64,000 bases of DNA from NCBI RefSeq assembly GCF_009914755.1, contig NC_060931.1; one strand, written 5' to 3'. Position 1 is the first letter of the stretch. Each line of letters opens with the position of its first letter. The DNA is from the human T2T-CHM13v2.0 reference genome, Homo sapiens. Shown in pieces: positions 59,101-64,000 of this stretch. Made by a program: the position numbers and the translations under genes. The notes beneath the pieces were generated by a model that saw only the letters and a program-made list of their open reading frames with translations, ran no database searches and was not told the origin of the DNA.

Positions 59101-62100
59101 AAGGAGGAGACAGGACTATTGACTTGGTCCGATTTGCCTGAACTTCTTGAGTTTCTCACTGCCCGTGGATTCAGTTGCTTTAACACGGGAAATCGGACCT
59201 GCTGGAGGAGACCCTGCGCTGTCCTCAAAGACAACACTGTTTCCACTAACGCAAGGATACAGCGTGATTGAAACAGTGCCCCACCCATAGGGTGGCTGGC
59301 AGATTGAACGTGGTGCTCTGTGGAAAAATGGGGTCTGGCCATACCCAGTGCTATGCACGTGTTTACCACCATTGCCTCTCCCTTCTCCCATCTCATGTTA
59401 TCGGTCTGTAAAGTGGGTGTCATGAGTGATCTCTGGTATCTGCTGAGGGGGGTGGTGTCTGGGTGAGGCCCGAGTAGTTGGAGGCTTTGGTTTTTGCATA
59501 ATGGGACCCCCATTTTCCACTTAACCCGAACCAAAGTGGAATCATGGAAGGCCTCAATGCAGGCAGCCCTGAGGGCGCAAGAAAGTTTGCTTTGTTCAAA
59601 GGGCTCCTGGGAGCCGGGCGATGGGTGACCACGCCAGGAAGCACCTTGACTTGGGTACTTTGCAGAATCTTCCTCCCAGCGCACCTAGACTTGCCGCTGT
59701 GTGGCAGCTTTGACTCCCAGCCCAGTAACAAACACGTCCATGACGCTGTGGACTGACAGAGACCGCAGAGCTGGTCAACGTGAGGAATGGGGCCCGCGCC
59801 CCGGGGGACCTCCAAGGCTGGGGGCACGGGAGCAAGCGGGTTACTCAGGCCCACACTAACCGCACTTGTAACTTCTCTCCCTGAGTCAAGGCAAGTTTTC
59901 ATTCAAGCCAACGTAACACAATCTTGCCAATGACTGGAAAAATAACTAGCTTTGCAAAAATTTAAAAAGACTCAGATAATACTCAAATTTGGAGCCCTAA
60001 TGAAGTATGTAAACCTCATGTCCACAGACTGTGTTACTGGAGCCAGAGGGGGAAGATCCCTGAATCAGCCGCCTGGGGCCGCCCACGGCTGCTCCTTGCG
60101 TGGGAGGTGGCCCCATGCGGCCGCTTCTCTGGGGGACAGAACAGAAACTGGGGCGAGTTTGGCCCAGCCGCAACATCCAAGTCTGTGTTCATTTAAAACT
60201 AACTGCCTTTGATTGCATTTGACAAAAACATTGGTCCATGATTGACTGGAAATAAAATAATGAGGGTTTGAGACCCGGGCTCCGACCTCCCTTCTGTTCT
60301 GGGCCCGTGTGAGGCCGGGGACGGCCCGGGCAGGTGTCAGCAGCAGGAGTGTTTTCCGGGGTCCCTGTGGAGAACGTCTCTCCGCAGCTTCTCCTGGAAC
60401 GTTGTCTCCGAGGCTCAGCAGCCTCCTCACACCCCCTGGGTCCACACCTCAGACCCATCTGCCTGCCCGGCCAGCCTGCCTCGTCGTTCCCCGCGGGCTC
60501 GTGCCTCAACAGGCAGCGTGTGGATGCCACCGTCACCGTCACGGGAGAGGCAGGTCCGCCCTGGAGCTGATCCCCTGGTGAGTGGGGACCATCCTTCACC
60601 TTTGGTTTGCCTGCGTTCTCACACGGGGGCAGCTGTTTAACCCGACACCCTTCGGGGACAGCACAAGACACCCACGCTGTCTGGGGGTGGGCTGGAAGTG
60701 CACCGTCAGCTGGGCTTCTGGACTGGATCTGGCAGCCCTGCTGGTGGCCCTCAGGAGACGCCCGTGAGGGTTTTGGTGCTGGAGTGGGGAGGGGCTGCCA
60801 TGGGTGAGAGGCTTTTCGGACACCGGTTGGGGGGTGGCCGGATGGGGTGACCTGGGGACTTGGACGATGGGGACGATGCCTGAGTCAAACCACTCAGTGC
60901 AGGGACCCCTGGGCCTTGATTTGGGGTCCTCCTGCAGTCCGGCCTCACTCACCCCGGGTTCAGGCTCTGCAGAGGTAACCCCGGTGGGCAGGGAGAGAAA
61001 TGACCCAGGGGCCGCCGCTGAGCTGGCAGCTTGGCGCAGCTCCATAAGAACACGGGCTTTGGTGCTTGGATTCCAGGAAGAGTGACTGTGTCTTTCCTGT
61101 GACCTCAGCGAAGCCTGGGGGCTTTCTAGGGTAGTGGTTTTTTTTTTTAACAAAGGAGGGGCTGCCGATGTCCCAGAAACGTCACCGCAGACGCTGCAGC
61201 ATCAGCTGCCACCTTTCAGGAGCTTCACCGCCTGTTGGCATTTCTGATCGAAGGAGAGGGGCAAATGCAGCAGGGGCGGGACCCTCGGGCCTGGCCACTC
61301 ACACACCTCAGCCTGGTTGGCAGTTCACAGGGAGAGACCCTCTGAGGTGAAATCTCTGATGCTGTCCAGGTTCCTACCATCCCCTGACGCCCTGCACCAA
61401 GCATGGCAGCTTTTGGGGTCCCCACGAAGGGTCACCGACCTGAGAGGTTCTCGCTGCTGCTGATGGAGCCACAAGGCACGGAGCTAACGTGCTGAGTAGG
61501 GGGCGCAGACCCGGCCCCCGCCTGCCTGTCCCCCCTCCACCCCCGACCAAGGACATGCCAGCATCGGAGGGTTTGTGTCTACACTTCTCCCGGTCCCCAG
61601 GGTGCAAGAATGAGGCCGGGTGTCGGCGCTGGTCTCTGCTTGTCTGGAAAGGACTTGCTGTCCTGGGGGAAGGGCAAGGGGCTGCTGGCCAGTCCGCAGT
61701 GTCCCCCCGAGCTGTCAGCTCCTTCCAGGGTGTAGGGTCTGCGGATGGGAGGGGCTCAGGTTGAAGCTGTGTCCAGGCAAAGGGGAAGCGCAAAGTCGAA
61801 ATGTTTCCTGGGCAAGGGGCCGGCGGCGCCTAATTCCACCTTGTGTGCCAGTGCAGTTCATAGCCCAGCAGTCACCCGGGGTGGGGTCAACTCTGGAAGG
61901 CCCCTGTGTGTTGACTCCAGGGTGAACCCGGGACTCCTGAGTGGGCGCCCAGGCCCCTCTAGTGCTGGCCGCCTCTGCTTCCCTCTCCAGGCCCACCTGC
62001 CGGCCACCACAGTGGACCCCAGCGCCCAGCCCAGGTCCCCCACGCCGGCTTCTCTCGGCCCAGGTCACTCTCTTCACACTGTCATCTGCCAGTCACTTGC

Positions 62101-62311
62101 ACACTCTGATTCCCAAGGCGACTCTGCTGCAGGCACACGCCCTCAGCAAGACCTGGCTGAGTGCCGTCTGTGCCCGTGGATGCACGCGCAGCTCTCCTGG
62201 GGACACTGGCCCTGGCTCCACTCCCTGGACAGATCTGTGCCCGGCACTGGGTCCGCTCCCTGCACAGACCCACACCTGGTGCTGGCGCCACTCCCCGGAC
62301 ACACCTGCCCC

Positions 62312-63056
62312 TGGCGCTGGCCTGGGTTGGGTGTGTCCGTGTGTCCAGTGCTGGCCTGCGTTGGGTGTGTCCGTGTGTCCGGCGCTGGCCTGCGTTGGGT
62401 GTGTCCGTGTGTCCGGCGCTGGCCTGCGTTGGGTGTGTCCGTGTGTCCGGCGCTGGCCTGGGTTGGGTGTGTCCGTGTGTCCGGCGCTGGCCTGGGTTGG
62501 GTGTGTCCGTGTGTCCGGCGCTGGCCTGGGTTGGGTGTGTCCGTGTGTCCGGCGCTGGCCTGGGTTGGGTGTGTCCGTGTGTCCGGCGCTGGCCTGGGTT
62601 GGGTGTGTCCGTGTGTCCGGCGCTGGCCTGGGTTGGGTGTGTCCGTGTGTCCGGCGCTGGCCTGGGTTGGGTGTCCTTGTGTCCGGCGCTGGCCTGCGTT
62701 GGGTGTGTCCGTGTGTCCGGCGCTGGCCTGGGTTGGGTGTGTCCGTGTGTCCGGCGCTGGCCTGGGTTGGGTGTGTCCGTGTGTCCGGCGCTGGCCTGCG
62801 TTGGGTGTGTCCGTGTGTCCGGCGCTGGCCTGGGTTGGGTGTGTCTGTGTGTCCGGCGCTGGCCTGCGTTGGGTGTGTCCGTGTGTCCGGTGCTGGCCTG
62901 CGTTGGGTGTGTCCGTGTGTCCGGTGCTGGCCTGCGTTGGGTGTGTCCGGCGTTGGCCTGCATTGGGTGTGTCCGTGTGTCCGGCGCTGGCCTGTGTTGG
63001 GTGTGTCCGTGTGTCCGGTGCTGGCCTGCGTTGGGTGTGTCTGTGTGTCTGGCGCT
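62312..63056. repeat. 34 bp VNTR, ~22 copies (ggcgctggcctgSgttgggtgtgtccgtgtgtcc)
   Basis: Directly visible, near-perfect units. Confidence 0.98.
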
Positions 63057-63144
63057 CCAGCGGGGAGTCTGTGGGGGGCATGTTGCTGAGGTGCTGGGAG
63101 CTGGGCCTGACACTTCTGTGTTTTATTGAATCTCCTAACATCCA

Positions 63145-63260
63145 ACATCCCATTTCCATTTAACAGATGAGGAAATGAAAACACAGAGAGGAGAAGGCAC
63201 TCGCCTGAGGTACCCTGCCAGACGCTGGGGACGGGCTCACACGCAGCGGCCCAAAGCCTG
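63145..63260 (-). mobile_element. MIR remnant
   Basis: ccatttaacagatgaggaaatgaaaacacagagagg. Confidence 0.6.
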
Positions 63261-63440
63261 CTGCCTCTCGGAGCAGCGGGGGTCTGGGACGGATATTGAG
63301 GCACAGGGCCTTGGACGTGCCCGTGGAGCTGCTCAGCCAGTGGGGAGTTAGCCAGCGTTTTACAGGCAAAGCTGCGGAGCTGTGCTGGTGCCTGTGTGTG
63401 AGTATTTACATGCAGTTTGTTACTTGGGGAAATCATGTAC

Positions 63441-63534
63441 TCTTCTCACTGCTTCTGGCTGTGCAGAACACAAACTCAGATCTGGAATCTTCTCACTGCT
63501 TCTGGCTGTGCAGAACACAAACTCAGATCTGGAA
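63441..63534. repeat. Perfect 47 bp tandem duplication
   Basis: tcttctcactgcttctggctgtgcagaacacaaactcagatctggaa twice. Confidence 0.95.
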
Positions 63535-64000
63535 GCAAAGGGCAGATGCCGTGCAGAGCGTCAGAAAGCACTGCAAACCTCAGACCAGAGGGAAGCCGGG
63601 TTTTTAAACCATCTTCCTGCAAGCCTTTTCAGGAGGACCAAAATTAGACCAGGTGGTTGAAGGAGGGTGGGTACAGCTGATGCTCCAATTCAGTCAGCTT
63701 TTAACGTGTCTCCTTCAAGCAACTGCTGCCAACCCGCTGTGCTCACCCATCGTGGTTGGGAAGGAACCTGCTGTTCTCAACAAGCCGAGTGTCCCTGCCC
63801 CCAGCCCCCGCATGGCTGAGGCTGCCCGTGTGTCAGTGGTGCAGGGTTGTTGAGGGTGCAGCACAGAGTGTGGTGATGATGCCGCCTCCATCCCCATTGC
63901 TCCAGGGCCAGGACTTGGACCCAGAGTGGGAGGAGCTTCAGCTGGGAGGGTGGCTGAGCAGCCAGGGAGTGCATCCGTCCCTGGACTGGGGAGACCCCAC

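Noticed and set aside
61745-63436. Cys-rich or mucin-like protein genes
   Set aside because: All six frames are open only because the 34 bp unit lacks adenine; no gene structure is visible.

Overview
Human (primate) genomic DNA, GC-rich and subtelomeric in character. The first ~9.4 kb holds the last two exons and 3'UTR of the long isoform (isoform a) of the HSP40 co-chaperone gene DNAJB6 on the + strand, recognised from the spliced peptide [17 protein letters not shown]...PLASAAG|[26 protein letters not shown]. From established knowledge this places the window at 7q36.3. The other ~55 kb has no convincing protein-coding gene. It contains about 18 Alus, several MaLR (MLT1) solo LTRs, a MER1B, old L1M fragments, one full-length but inactivated L1PA (about PA4) with TSDs, and many GC-rich VNTRs and simple repeats that explain most long ORFs in the track. 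Best leads: (1) read-through of the weak last DNAJB6 donor replaces the NLS tail with a CaaX-like prenylation tail (CCVLT*); (2) a CpG-rich minisatellite that arose inside an MLT1 LTR; (3) strong local AT-to-GC rewriting of ancient repeats; (4) VNTRs that multiply splice donors or lack adenine. No demonstrably new biological system is established by the sequence alone. Repeat subfamily calls are by-eye comparisons to remembered consensus sequences and coordinates for old repeats are approximate.
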